From Deltaproteobacteria bacterium (GTDB taxonomy: Bacteria > SAR324 > NAC60-12), in the NCBI GenBank assembly GCA_011522845.1, contig WTIF01000164.1:1-35869 (forward strand): a DNA stretch of 35,869 bases, given 5' to 3'. This document shows positions 9,328-19,126 of the stretch, in pieces. Every line of letters begins with the position of its first letter. The first letter of the stretch is position 1. Under the pieces are notes generated by a model. It searched no databases, was not told where the DNA came from, and worked only from the letters and a program-made list of their open reading frames with translations. The position numbers were made by a program, and so were the translations under genes.

Positions 9328-10699
9328 TTTTTTATTTCTCCTGTCACTACCGCTACTGCTCTCTGGCTGTCTGGCAAAAACTGTCTACTACTCCGATCCA
9401 CCCAATTCCGAAGCACTACTGCGCACGTCTGCCTTCTCACTAGAGCGTTTCACAGGACGTCAAGCCGGTTTGTTTCGTGATATATTTATTCAAGAAGTCT
9501 ATCGAATCCCTAATTTTGACTATCTGGATGAAGTAAGCGAGACACAACGCGAATACACCGCCCTGGTTGCAGCAGAGGTTGAAATTTTTTCTGTCCGTGA
9601 TGAAGAAGAGACTCGTGGGAATACCAGAATTAATCTACGATCGCGAAATGTGATGGTTCAGGAGCCTGGTCAAGAAATCGCGATCCCCCGACAGGCTTTT
9701 GAGTTCGAAGAAATTCCCTTCAGTGAACGGGTGATGCATCGCACCTTGGATTTGGAGATTCACTTCTCTTTCCTAAACGCTGGGAGCCGACAAGAGCTGT
9801 ACCAGGGAAATGAAAAGATTTCTTTTCAGCAGAGTTACGTAGGAGAAGCAGAGATTTTAGCAATGCCTCCTGCTGACAGCGAAATGATGCGGCTTGGGCG
9901 CTTGCTTGTGCAGCGTATGTTGGATCGACTGAATCCTGTGCAAAAAAATCGCACTCTTGAACTGGAGGTCGGCACCTCTCCTTTGCCTTGGAGTGGTGAT
10001 ACTGTGGACTTGGGGCATCCGGGAATCCTGCAGGCTAACCGCTATGCTGTCAGTGGAGATTATGACCGTGCGCTGAAAGGCTGGAGTTACGTTGTCTTTG
10101 AGCCTGTATCCTTTGGCGAATCCGAACGTTTCACCTTCGGTAGTGAACTCTACACACGATTACGCCAGGCAAGATTACCCCAAGATACGCTCAAAGCTCT
10201 ATTGCGCTTGTATGGAAAATCCTATTCACTGAAAGAGATAGATCCTGTACTGATTGCCCTGCTAGAACGTCAGGACTTTCAGCGCTACAGCGCGATCATC
10301 AAGTTCTACGCCCGCACCTCGCGGCCTCAAGATGGCCAGAATCTAGCGGCTGCACACTTCAACTTGGGCTCTGTGTATCGATTGCAGCAACGGTGGTCAT
10401 TGGCAGCTTATCATTTTGCACAAGCCAACGCCTATCAGCCAGGAATCAAGTATGCGCAAGCCTGGACCGACATGCAAATAGCCGCTGGCAGCTACAATCC
10501 ACTGGATAATTTGGCAGAAAATACTATCGAAGCCGCAGGGACTACATCGCCACCTGAAGATGCCTTGGTGCAGCCTCGTGCTGCCAGCGCTATCATTCAG
10601 CCTGCCAGCCAACCTGCAGAAATGGAGCCCACTCGTATTGAACCAGTGGAACTGCCCTTTCTTTCTGAAGATCCTGAATTTGGTTTGGAAATCAATTAA
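9248..10699 (+). CDS. Hypothetical lipoprotein with C-terminal TPR-like helices and an inserted ~60-aa module
   Basis: Hydrophobic stretch plus lipobox LLLSG|C. TPR-like [27 protein letters not shown]. Start is uncertain (ATG 9248/9254 or CTG 9320); 9119 is unlikely. Confidence 0.75.
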   Translation: MTMQLKTPGPSTKTSNWYKPQTTSLTNFLFLLSLPLLLSGCLAKTVYYSDPPNSEALLRTSAFSLERFTGRQAGLFRDIFIQEVYRIPNFDYLDEVSETQREYTALVAAEVEIFSVRDEEETRGNTRINLRSRNVMVQEPGQEIAIPRQAFEFEEIPFSERVMHRTLDLEIHFSFLNAGSRQELYQGNEKISFQQSYVGEAEILAMPPADSEMMRLGRLLVQRMLDRLNPVQKNRTLELEVGTSPLPWSGDTVDLGHPGILQANRYAVSGDYDRALKGWSYVVFEPVSFGESERFTFGSELYTRLRQARLPQDTLKALLRLYGKSYSLKEIDPVLIALLERQDFQRYSAIIKFYARTSRPQDGQNLAAAHFNLGSVYRLQQRWSLAAYHFAQANAYQPGIKYAQAWTDMQIAAGSYNPLDNLAENTIEAAGTTSPPEDALVQPRAASAIIQPASQPAEMEPTRIEPVELPFLSEDPEFGLEIN

Positions 10700-10716
10700 A
10701 TCATCCAAGGAGGAAT

Positions 10717-11922
10717 ATGCGTTACCTGATCCTGTTACTGATAGCGACTCTATGTACGAATTTTACGGCATTGGCACGCGAAATCACAGTGACTGGAGTG
10801 GCAACGATTTATGACGAAAATATTGGTGGTGCACGAACTCAGGCCTTGAAAAACGCACAGCGTGAGGCTGTTGAGCAGGGCGTTGGGGCCTATGTTGATG
10901 CAACAACGCTGACCCAGAATTTTGAGGTCATCCGTGATGAAATCTTCAGTGCTAGTCAAGGATTCATCAGGGAATTTCAAGTCTTGCGTGAAGGGCGCTC
11001 CAGTGGGGGGTCAGCCTACGAAGTGGTGATCCGAGCAGATGTCCAGGATAGCCGAATTGTTGATACTCTGACGGCACTCCGGGTGTTGCACCAGAAAATG
11101 GGCAACAAGCGTGTGATGATCGTGTATGCGCCAACCGATCCGAATGCTTTACCCCGCGACATTGGGCCTGTTAGCACAACCTTGTCTGTGATTCGAGATG
11201 AATTCAACCGCATGGGCTTTCGTGTTTTCAATGAGCAGGCGATGGAAGAGGTTTACCGGACGATTGAACAAGCTGCATTGGTAGATCGCCCCGTAGACAA
11301 CCTGATTGCCCTAGCGTTGGATCAGCAGGCGGAAATCCTCGTACGCTTTGAACTAGTCGGTGGCAAACGAGATCAGCGGGGTGGTGTATTCTATGCGACC
11401 AAGGCGACCGTGAGACTCAGTGTCTACGATGCGAACACAGGCCGACAAATTGCTGACGTAGTCACTTATGGTAAGGAACTCTCCGCTAACCGGCCTGGTT
11501 CCTACGACTGGTTCAACATGCTGGGCAAGGCAGGCACTCGAGCTGGTAAAGATGCTGCTCAGGAAGCTATTGATCGAGTGCTGTCCTACTACCAGAGCAT
11601 TGGCGATATCGGCAACGCCTATCTGCTGGTCTTCCGAAATTACAGTATCGAGGAAGAAGATATGATCCTCGACTATCTTGAAAACACTCCGGGATACCAG
11701 CAACTCAGCGAACTCAAAAACACGAATCGCTACATTGAGATCGAGCTATTCTCTTCTGAGGACAAAAGCCGGCTACGACGTCAGATGCGCCGTGATTTAC
11801 AAGAGAGGAATATTCCTCTGGTAGCCCAAGAAGCTACGGGTAACCGCATCGTCTTCCTCAATCCTCGAGCCCCCGCCATCGAAGAAGTAGCTGCACCAGA
11901 GCAGTTGGAAGTACGCCAGTAG
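10717..11922 (+). CDS. Exported protein with FlgT N-terminal/LPP20-like domain
   Basis: SD AAGGAGG and a signal peptide. VTGVA...ARTQALKNAQREAVEQGVGAYV...SQGFIREFQVL...YEVVIRADV is the FlgT-N-like pattern. Confidence 0.7.
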   Translation: MRYLILLLIATLCTNFTALAREITVTGVATIYDENIGGARTQALKNAQREAVEQGVGAYVDATTLTQNFEVIRDEIFSASQGFIREFQVLREGRSSGGSAYEVVIRADVQDSRIVDTLTALRVLHQKMGNKRVMIVYAPTDPNALPRDIGPVSTTLSVIRDEFNRMGFRVFNEQAMEEVYRTIEQAALVDRPVDNLIALALDQQAEILVRFELVGGKRDQRGGVFYATKATVRLSVYDANTGRQIADVVTYGKELSANRPGSYDWFNMLGKAGTRAGKDAAQEAIDRVLSYYQSIGDIGNAYLLVFRNYSIEEEDMILDYLENTPGYQQLSELKNTNRYIEIELFSSEDKSRLRRQMRRDLQERNIPLVAQEATGNRIVFLNPRAPAIEEVAAPEQLEVRQ

Positions 11923-11961
11923 CTCACCCTATCTTCATTTTGATCGATTTCCTTCTGAATG

Positions 11962-12011
11962 AGGCGGTAGGGATTTTAGTTTGCAACATCAATCCAGTCC
12001 GCCTAGTTTTT
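11962..12011 (+). terminator. Putative intrinsic terminator after the FlgT-like gene
   Basis: AGGCGG...GGATT...AATCC...CCGCCT imperfect stem followed by AGTTTTT. Confidence 0.45.
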
Positions 12012-12090
12012 CCCTCATCATCTACAAGCTTTACTCACCGGACTTCGCTATGTCCGGTCATCCACTTTTCTTAGACTTTCTGGAGAACTC

Positions 12091-13494
12091 ATGAGCCAAT
12101 TTGATGTCGTTGTGATTGGCGCAGGACCTGGTGGCTATGTCGCTGCAATTCGTTCATCGCAGCTCGGACTGAAAACTGCCCTGATCGAAAAATCATCCAC
12201 CCTTGGGGGAACCTGCCTCAATGTGGGCTGCATTCCTTCCAAGGCCCTTCTCGATTCAACCGAGCACTACTACAACGCCAAAAATCACTTTGCGACCCAT
12301 GGAATCGATGTCTCAGGACTGAGCCTCAACTGGGACAACATGAAGAAGCGCAAAGACGAGGTAGTTTCTCAGACTTGTGACGGTGTGATGTATCTGATGA
12401 ACAAGAATCAAATCGAGGTGTACCAAGGCCATGGCAGCTTTGTGGATGCCAATACAATTCAAGTTCGCAAGGCAGATGGCGGTACAGAAAATATTCAGAC
12501 GAAAAACACCATCATTGCCACTGGTTCTGAGCCTTCTTCACTGCCCAATGTGCCAATCGACGGTAAACGTATTATCACCTCTACTGAGGCGTTGTCCTTG
12601 CCCAGCGTCCCGGAAACTATGCTCGTGATTGGTGGAGGAATCATTGGTTTGGAAATGGGTTCTGTCTACGCTCGCATGGGTACCAAGGTCGCTGTGATTG
12701 AATTCATGGATCGCCTGATTCCCACCATGGATCTCTCACTGGGTAAGGAAATGCAGAGAATTCTGCGTAAGCTCGGCATCAAGTTTCACCTGAACCACGC
12801 TGTCCAGCAGGCTGTTGCCAGTGATGACAAGGTCGTGGTGACTGCCAAGAATAAAAAGGGTGAAGAAGTGAGCTTTGAGGGTGAATACTGCCTGGTCGCT
12901 GTCGGGCGTAAACCCTTCACAAACAGCTTGGGCCTCGATAAGATCGGCCTGCAAACCGATGAGCGAGGTAGAATCCCTGTCAACGATCAGCTACAGACCA
13001 CCGTACCCGGAGTTTATGGGATTGGTGACGTTATCCGTGGAGCAATGCTGGCACACAAAGCAGAGGAAGAGGGAGTGTTCGCCGCAGAAGTCATTGCTGG
13101 ACAGCGTCCCCACATGAACTATCGGGCAATTCCCAGCGTGCTCTATACCTGGCCAGAAGCCGCAGGTGTTGGCTACACAGAGCAGGAGTTGCAGGAGGCC
13201 GGACGAAGCTTCAAAATTGGTTCCTTCCCATTTAAAGCCTTGGGACGTGCCCGGGCAGCGATGGAAACTGATGGGTTGGTCAAGGTGATTGCTGATCAGG
13301 AAACCGATGAAGTGCTCGGTATCCACATGGTTGGAGCCCGGATCGCAGACCTGATTGCAGAGGCTGTCGTAGCTTTTGAATATCGTTGCAGTGCAGAGGA
13401 TATTGCAAGAATGTCCCACGCTCACCCAACCTTTGCAGAAGCGATCAAGGAAGCTGCTCTGGATGCCACAGACAAGCGAGCGATCCATATTTGA
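12091..13494 (+). CDS. lpdA: Dihydrolipoamide dehydrogenase (E3)
   Basis: GAGPGGYVAA, GGTCLNVGCIPSK redox disulfide, GGGIIGLE, MLAHKAEEEG and HAHPTFAE. SD GGAG. Confidence 0.97.
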   Translation: MSQFDVVVIGAGPGGYVAAIRSSQLGLKTALIEKSSTLGGTCLNVGCIPSKALLDSTEHYYNAKNHFATHGIDVSGLSLNWDNMKKRKDEVVSQTCDGVMYLMNKNQIEVYQGHGSFVDANTIQVRKADGGTENIQTKNTIIATGSEPSSLPNVPIDGKRIITSTEALSLPSVPETMLVIGGGIIGLEMGSVYARMGTKVAVIEFMDRLIPTMDLSLGKEMQRILRKLGIKFHLNHAVQQAVASDDKVVVTAKNKKGEEVSFEGEYCLVAVGRKPFTNSLGLDKIGLQTDERGRIPVNDQLQTTVPGVYGIGDVIRGAMLAHKAEEEGVFAAEVIAGQRPHMNYRAIPSVLYTWPEAAGVGYTEQELQEAGRSFKIGSFPFKALGRARAAMETDGLVKVIADQETDEVLGIHMVGARIADLIAEAVVAFEYRCSAEDIARMSHAHPTFAEAIKEAALDATDKRAIHI

Positions 13495-13561
13495 TTGATT
13501 ATCCAGACGATCTTTTGGTCGTCTTCCCCCTTTGTCAAGAATGCCGGTTCAAGGAGGCCAA

Positions 13562-16500
13562 ATGCTGCTGTGCCAACGAGCCTTTATCGTGCTCTGTGCC
13601 AGTTATTTGCTGACCCATAGTTGGGCAATTGCACAAGAAAATGAGCAAAGTGAAAAAGCTCTGTCAGAGACCCAGAATGCATTACAGCAGGTTGAGGATG
13701 CGCTTCAGCGTACTGAATCCACAGTACAGGAGGCAGAAACCCAGGCTGCATCTGTACAGTCTGAACTACCAGACACTGCAGCCACTGAAGAGGCCACCAT
13801 TGATCCTGTTGAACTGGCTCGTGATTGGAAAAAAATCTTTGATCAGGCGATGCAGGAATATGAATTTGGAGAACTGGAAAACAGCCTGAACAAGGCTCTA
13901 CAAGCTCGTGAGTTAGCAGATCAACACTTCGGACTGCGAGATGAGCGAACCCTTCGGGCGTATTTACTCCAGGCACTGCTGTATGGAGAACTTGGAGAGC
14001 TGGAAATTGCCAATGAACTCTACCAGGAAACTCTGGTCATCGCCATGGAGCAGCAGGGAACCAACTCCAACATCGTGTTGCAGATTCTTGATCAGTACGG
14101 TGGATTCTTTGCCGAGTTGGGTGAATACGAAATGGCCGATGTCGTTTATGAAAAAGCCTATCTTTTATCTACTGAAGCCTTGGGAGCACAGGATCCCCGA
14201 ACCACTCTGCGCTTACAAACCTTGGCAAACAATGATGCGGAATTGCAGCGCTATGAACTGGCAGAGCAGCGCTTACAGGATGCTCAAGCAACCCTTGTGA
14301 CAGCAGTTGGGGCAGAAGCGTTACCCACAATCAATGTCTTGGAAGACCTAGCGCAGCTCTATCAGCGCCAAGGCAAATTACGTCCTGCTCTAGAACCACT
14401 GGAGCAGAGTTATGCCCTACGCACAAAGGTTCAGGGACCGGAGGAGACACAGACGCTGGAAACCAAGGAACGATTGGCAGAGTTGTATCGACAGTTGGGA
14501 CGTCTCGACGAAGCCGAGCCAATGTTCCTGGAAGTGATCGCAACAGCAGAGCAACTGCTTGGAATTGCAGATCCACTAGTCATCGACGCAAAAAGTCATC
14601 TTGCTCAACTCTACGAAAATACGAATAACTTTGTTGCATCCCTTCGCTATTACCAAGAAGTCTACGAAATCGACCAACAAATTCTTGGTGATGCCCATCC
14701 AAACACAGCAGGTGATCTGAACAATCTGGCTGGCATTTACCGTCGACTTGGCCAGTTGCAGCAATCTGAAGCCACCTATCGGCAGGCACTGCAAGCAATG
14801 AGCGCTGCACTTGGTGAAGGCGCACCTCAGACCATCTCTATCATGAACAACTTGGCTCTTGTTCTAGAAAGCCAAGGACTCTATGACGAAGCAGAACCAC
14901 TCTACCAGAAAGCACTAGCCCTTTCCCAAGTGGAGCAAGGTACAGAGCACCCAACCTCACTGGCGCTCAACAACAACATTGCCATGCTCTATGAAGCACA
15001 GGGAGACTTCAGCCGAGCGGAGCGGACCTATCAGCAAGTCATTGAGCTCAACAAGAAGGTCTTCGGTCCAACTCATCCAAATACGGTTGCCAGCATTAAC
15101 AACTTGGCCTACCTCTACCTGATTGACCAAAAACCAGAACAAGCAGAAACCAATTTTCTCGAAGCTTACGAAATCTGGAAGGAACTCTACGGAGAAAAGC
15201 ACCAGGACACACTCAAGGCGCTTAACAATAGTGGCCGAGTTCAAACACAACTTGGCGAACTGGACCAAGCAGAAGAAACTCTGATTCGCGCCCTTGAACT
15301 GCGTACTGAACTATTCGGAGGGCAGGAACATGAAGATGTGCTACGCAGTATGAATGATCTCGCCTTGCTCTACGCTGAACAAGGTCGTGAAGACGAGGCT
15401 TTGGAACTTTTCCAGGAAACACTTGAGCTACAAGGCCAAGTCCTTGGAGAATTGCATCCTTACACCTTCGAAACTTTGAATAATCTGGCCAATCTCCAAC
15501 AGGAGATGGGAGACCTGGATGATGCCTATGAAACACGGCAGCTGGGCTATCAGCGACGTAACGAATTTCTGAACCGAATCCTCTGGGTAGCTGGTGACAA
15601 TACTCGTCAGTCCTATATCAATCTCTATCGTCCTGAGTTAGATGCTTACATTCGGTTGCTGATTGAATTAGATGACGAACGCACTGCTCGAGATATTTTT
15701 GATATCAGCCTCCGGCGCAAGGGACTGCTACTGAAGATTACCAGTGAAACTCAGCAGGTAGTTCAGATGGCAGACTCTCCCGAGTTGCAAGTTATCACGG
15801 AAGAGTTAACCGCTGCCCGCAAGGAGTTGGCTGCCTTGACACTCTCTGGTCCTACTCCGGAAACTCGTAACAACTTTCCTCAGTTGATCAACGATCTCGA
15901 AAATAAGGTCAACAGCCTTCAACTACGTCTAGGAGAAGCGAGCGCTGTCTTTCGGCAGGCAATTCAGCAGGTCAGTGTTGAAGATGTGCTTGATGCTGTC
16001 GGTGAGGAACACGCACTGGCTGATTTTTTCGCCTATCGTGATGAAAATGATGAGTGGTCACTCTGTGTCATCATCCTGAATGATGGTGAACTCTATTTCT
16101 ACAATTACGAGGAAATGGAGCCATTCAAAGACATGATCATGGAGTTGCGTGACTACATGATGGACGTCACTGTCATTGAGGATGATATCAAACCGATTGC
16201 CCAGGAACTCTATGAACCCCTCTGGGATCCAATCACTGAATTCCTGGAAGACAAAGATTCGATCTTCCTGATCCCGGACAGCGTGCTGAATGTGTTGCCC
16301 TTTGACGCATTGGTTGATTTTGAGGACCAGTATCTGATTGAGACCCTGAATCTGCGGTTAATCAGTTCTGCTCGAGATTTGGTCATCGATCCGCTGGAAC
16401 CTGCTGAGGGCGATGTGCTCATCATTGCGGGCCCAGACTATGATTCCGATGAGATCAGCAACTCTCCAGAAGCTCGTATGGTTGCTTCCAGTAAGCGCTC

Positions 16501-17236
16501 GGCAACAGTAAACTCTGGCATTCGCATGGGTAACGGTCTGCGCGGACTAAACTTCAGTCCTCTTCCTGGAGCTGAGAAGGAAGGTGAAGTGATTGAAGAA
16601 GTTGTGGGCGACAAGGAGCGTAGTACAACCTTTGTCACTCGGGCTGCCGCTGAAGAGAAAGAGTTACGTAGTTACAATGCTGAGAAGGTTCCTGAAATTC
16701 TTCATATTGCGACTCATGGTTTTTTTCTGAAAGAACAGGAACGTCTGGCCAAGCGCATCATGGGCATGCAGCGTGGTAGTCAAAATCCAATCCCACCTCC
16801 AGCAGATAACCCCTTGTTACGCGCTGGCTTGGCCTTCGCCGGTTTGAATCCGAATGCTCCGCTGTTGGGTGAAATCGATACGGACAATGACGGAGTTTTG
16901 ACTGCGATGGAGGTACTCAGCCTAAACTTGACTGGTACTCGACTTGTCATTCTATCCGCTTGTGAGACGGGCCTCGGTGAGATTCATGAAGGTGAAGGGG
17001 TCTATGGTCTACGCCGCTCCTTTCAGGAAGCTGGTGTCGACTCCGTAATCAATTCCTTTTGGGAAGTCTCTGACGATGGTACTCAGCTTCTGATGACCAA
17101 GTTCTACGACAAATACCTGGATGGTATTCCCCCACGGGAAGCCATGCGAGAGGCTCGTCTTGAAATGGTCGAGGACTTCCGCTGGAGCAGCCCTTTCTAT
17201 TGGGGTGCTTTCGCCATGGTTGGTCGTCGCGAATAG
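13562..17236 (+). CDS. Exported TPR-repeat / CHAT (caspase-like) domain protein
   Basis: SD AAGGAGG before ATG 13562, signal peptide ending WAIA|QE, a coiled coil, then more than 10 ~42-aa TPR repeats (LNNLA..Y...G...EAEPLY..AL....G..HP.T). CHAT motifs LPFDAL, LPGAEKE, LHIATHG, LSACETG and PFYWGAF. Confidence 0.93.
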   Translation: MLLCQRAFIVLCASYLLTHSWAIAQENEQSEKALSETQNALQQVEDALQRTESTVQEAETQAASVQSELPDTAATEEATIDPVELARDWKKIFDQAMQEYEFGELENSLNKALQARELADQHFGLRDERTLRAYLLQALLYGELGELEIANELYQETLVIAMEQQGTNSNIVLQILDQYGGFFAELGEYEMADVVYEKAYLLSTEALGAQDPRTTLRLQTLANNDAELQRYELAEQRLQDAQATLVTAVGAEALPTINVLEDLAQLYQRQGKLRPALEPLEQSYALRTKVQGPEETQTLETKERLAELYRQLGRLDEAEPMFLEVIATAEQLLGIADPLVIDAKSHLAQLYENTNNFVASLRYYQEVYEIDQQILGDAHPNTAGDLNNLAGIYRRLGQLQQSEATYRQALQAMSAALGEGAPQTISIMNNLALVLESQGLYDEAEPLYQKALALSQVEQGTEHPTSLALNNNIAMLYEAQGDFSRAERTYQQVIELNKKVFGPTHPNTVASINNLAYLYLIDQKPEQAETNFLEAYEIWKELYGEKHQDTLKALNNSGRVQTQLGELDQAEETLIRALELRTELFGGQEHEDVLRSMNDLALLYAEQGREDEALELFQETLELQGQVLGELHPYTFETLNNLANLQQEMGDLDDAYETRQLGYQRRNEFLNRILWVAGDNTRQSYINLYRPELDAYIRLLIELDDERTARDIFDISLRRKGLLLKITSETQQVVQMADSPELQVITEELTAARKELAALTLSGPTPETRNNFPQLINDLENKVNSLQLRLGEASAVFRQAIQQVSVEDVLDAVGEEHALADFFAYRDENDEWSLCVIILNDGELYFYNYEEMEPFKDMIMELRDYMMDVTVIEDDIKPIAQELYEPLWDPITEFLEDKDSIFLIPDSVLNVLPFDALVDFEDQYLIETLNLRLISSARDLVIDPLEPAEGDVLIIAGPDYDSDEISNSPEARMVASSKRSATVNSGIRMGNGLRGLNFSPLPGAEKEGEVIEEVVGDKERSTTFVTRAAAEEKELRSYNAEKVPEILHIATHGFFLKEQERLAKRIMGMQRGSQNPIPPPADNPLLRAGLAFAGLNPNAPLLGEIDTDNDGVLTAMEVLSLNLTGTRLVILSACETGLGEIHEGEGVYGLRRSFQEAGVDSVINSFWEVSDDGTQLLMTKFYDKYLDGIPPREAMREARLEMVEDFRWSSPFYWGAFAMVGRRE

Positions 17237-17251
17237 CTCGTCACTTCTAAT

Positions 17252-17281
17252 ACAGGGAGTACCCTCCACTCCCTGTTTTTC
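17252..17281 (+). terminator. Intrinsic terminator
   Basis: ACAGGGAGT, 7-nt loop, ACTCCCTGT (perfect 9-bp stem) followed by a T tract, 15 nt after the CHAT gene stop. Confidence 0.8.
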
Positions 17282-17433
17282 TCTTCTCAGTCGGCCTCCT
17301 CAGACTCCTGTTGTCATCTTCTACAGTTCACACATCCTGCGACAAAAGGCCAAAAACTTGCTCAAAATGTTGCTGGAAACAGGCAATCCTGTGATTGTCT
17401 GAAGGCATCGCTCAATCATCACTTGGAATCGTA

Positions 17434-18444
17434 ATGCTGCGCTGGATTGGGAGGATATTGCTACTGGGGCTGATTTCCTTTTTGGGACTAAGCTACTGGA
17501 AACTGGAGCAAATTCGTCAACCCATCAAACCTGAAGAAATCCCACGTTGGCAAGTTCGTGAACTTGATACCGAGCAGTGGGAAATCCAATCTATCAGCGA
17601 TCCTGAACGAAAAACCATTGCCTGGTTTCGAGGAAATCCCCGAGGCCTGCGTTGTGACACTTCCATACTACTCACCGGAGTGAAGCAGGGTAAGAATCTG
17701 CTGGATGGAAGCGCTGTCCTCAATGATCCAGCCAACACTGTAGCGATGGAGCACCCGATTCGGGAGTATGTCAGTAAACAGGTCTGGCTGAGCTATGGGG
17801 CTGCTGAATGGTGGAATGTAGGAGAGTTGATTCGTCTGGAAATGCTCCATACTCTTGGTGCCTTACAAGCGCTGCTTCGTCATACCAACGGCTCTCTAGA
17901 CGGAGATGCTCGCTTCACAGAGCAAGTCGTGCTAGCTGGAGGTAGCTTTGGCGCTCCCTTCACTGCGGCTCTCGCCAGCTTGGAGAATGAGAACGTTTCG
18001 GGACTATTGCTGATTTATGCGTTCACAGATTTTGAAGGACTCTTTAACCGTGAGTTTGTCCGTCAAGGCCGCATTCATTACAAAATGCCTTCGGAACCGG
18101 AAGGACTGGTCGCTTGGAGTAAGGATCTTGGACTACGAGCGCTGGCAGGCAGCCTTGCCTGGTTCCTCTCAACGCTTTTAGAATACGGTGAAATGGAAGC
18201 CTATCTACCCAATATTCGGAATACTCCCATCCACTTCATCAATGGTCGTGACGACCGCCTTGCCCCGCAAGCCTCCTACGATCTACTCTGGAGTGCTGCA
18301 CCAGAACCAAAGTCTGAACTCTGGCTGCCAGGAGACCACATCAATCCTGGAGATCCTGTGGCGCTGCTGCAGGTCTCTGAATATATGTACGAATGGGGGA
18401 AGGCTCAAGGTCTGCGAGATTGTGAGGAATTCGACTCCCAATGA
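17434..18444 (+). CDS. Membrane-anchored alpha/beta hydrolase-fold protein
   Basis: N-terminal TM segment, nucleophile elbow VVLAGGSFG (GxSxG), acid motif FINGRDDRL and His motif LWLPGDH. Start is 17434 (ATG) or 17395 (TTG). Confidence 0.75.
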   Translation: MLRWIGRILLLGLISFLGLSYWKLEQIRQPIKPEEIPRWQVRELDTEQWEIQSISDPERKTIAWFRGNPRGLRCDTSILLTGVKQGKNLLDGSAVLNDPANTVAMEHPIREYVSKQVWLSYGAAEWWNVGELIRLEMLHTLGALQALLRHTNGSLDGDARFTEQVVLAGGSFGAPFTAALASLENENVSGLLLIYAFTDFEGLFNREFVRQGRIHYKMPSEPEGLVAWSKDLGLRALAGSLAWFLSTLLEYGEMEAYLPNIRNTPIHFINGRDDRLAPQASYDLLWSAAPEPKSELWLPGDHINPGDPVALLQVSEYMYEWGKAQGLRDCEEFDSQ

Positions 18445-18921
18445 TCACTGGTCAAGAAATTCACCAGGTAGGGTTGTGAACTGGAGTAGTACACCAGGGT
18501 GACCCTGTGCATCGGGGATGATGGAGAAGGAAAATTCCTGATTACGAAAGACCTGAATTCGGCTTAGTGGTTGTTCTTCCTGAACCCAATTGGTCAGATT
18601 CCAGAAATCAGGACTGAAGCGTGATCCATAATGCACCGAGATTCCTTGCAGTAGGTTGTCCATCAGGGAACGTTGCCAGGAATCTAGGCGTAGTTCAAAA
18701 CCAGAAAATTCACAGTTGCCTGTCTGGTCATCAAATTGGTAGCGGAAGCGCAAGTCCTTCCACATCGGATCAGAGCGTAATTCTGAAAAGCCTTCTCCTT
18801 GACGCAGAGAATCACAGGTTTTGCGTGACTCATCCAGTAGCGAGAGTTCCACAGCAACTACGGGTACAGCGCAAAACTTCAATACACTCATCAAGAGCAC
18901 GAAAGCCCTGCAAATTCTCAT
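18445..18921 (-). CDS. Hypothetical exported protein
   Basis: 158-aa ORF with a signal-like N-terminus and SD-like GGAG upstream. Its stop abuts the convergent hydrolase stop. No family recognised. Confidence 0.6.
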   Translation of the reverse strand: MRICRAFVLLMSVLKFCAVPVVAVELSLLDESRKTCDSLRQGEGFSELRSDPMWKDLRFRYQFDDQTGNCEFSGFELRLDSWQRSLMDNLLQGISVHYGSRFSPDFWNLTNWVQEEQPLSRIQVFRNQEFSFSIIPDAQGHPGVLLQFTTLPGEFLDQ

Positions 18922-18992
18922 TATTCTCCGTCTTGAATATCCAAAAAAGTTGAAAGAACTCCTACATACTCACATCTGGTATTGCCAAGATC

Positions 18993-19022
18993 TTGACACT
19001 CGGCGACAAAGTAAGGGATAGT
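18993..19022 (+). promoter_or_regulatory. Putative sigma70 promoter of the LapA-like gene
   Basis: TTGACA (18993-18998), 18 nt, GATAGT. Confidence 0.3.
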
Positions 19023-19126
19023 ACCCTGATTTCCAGAGACGGTCGGTGTTCCCAGAGCACTCATAGTGTCGGCTCTGGTGGAAGTGAATACCACCACTGT
19101 AACCTACTCCCAGCCCCAAGGAGGCT

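Noticed and set aside
14300-15540. Periodic sequence similarity (AACAAC...GC motifs) as a DNA repeat array
   Set aside because: Explained by the ~42-aa TPR coding repeats. There are no identical direct repeats with spacers.
13562-17236. Craspase/CRISPR-associated or anti-phage CHAT system
   Set aside because: No cas genes, CRISPR array, gasdermin or other effector gene nearby, and the protein appears to be exported.
19011-19100. T-box riboswitch (AGTA...AGAGA...GGTGGAA resemblance)
   Set aside because: No T-box antiterminator consensus (TGGNACC), the region is too short, and the downstream gene is unrelated to amino-acid metabolism.
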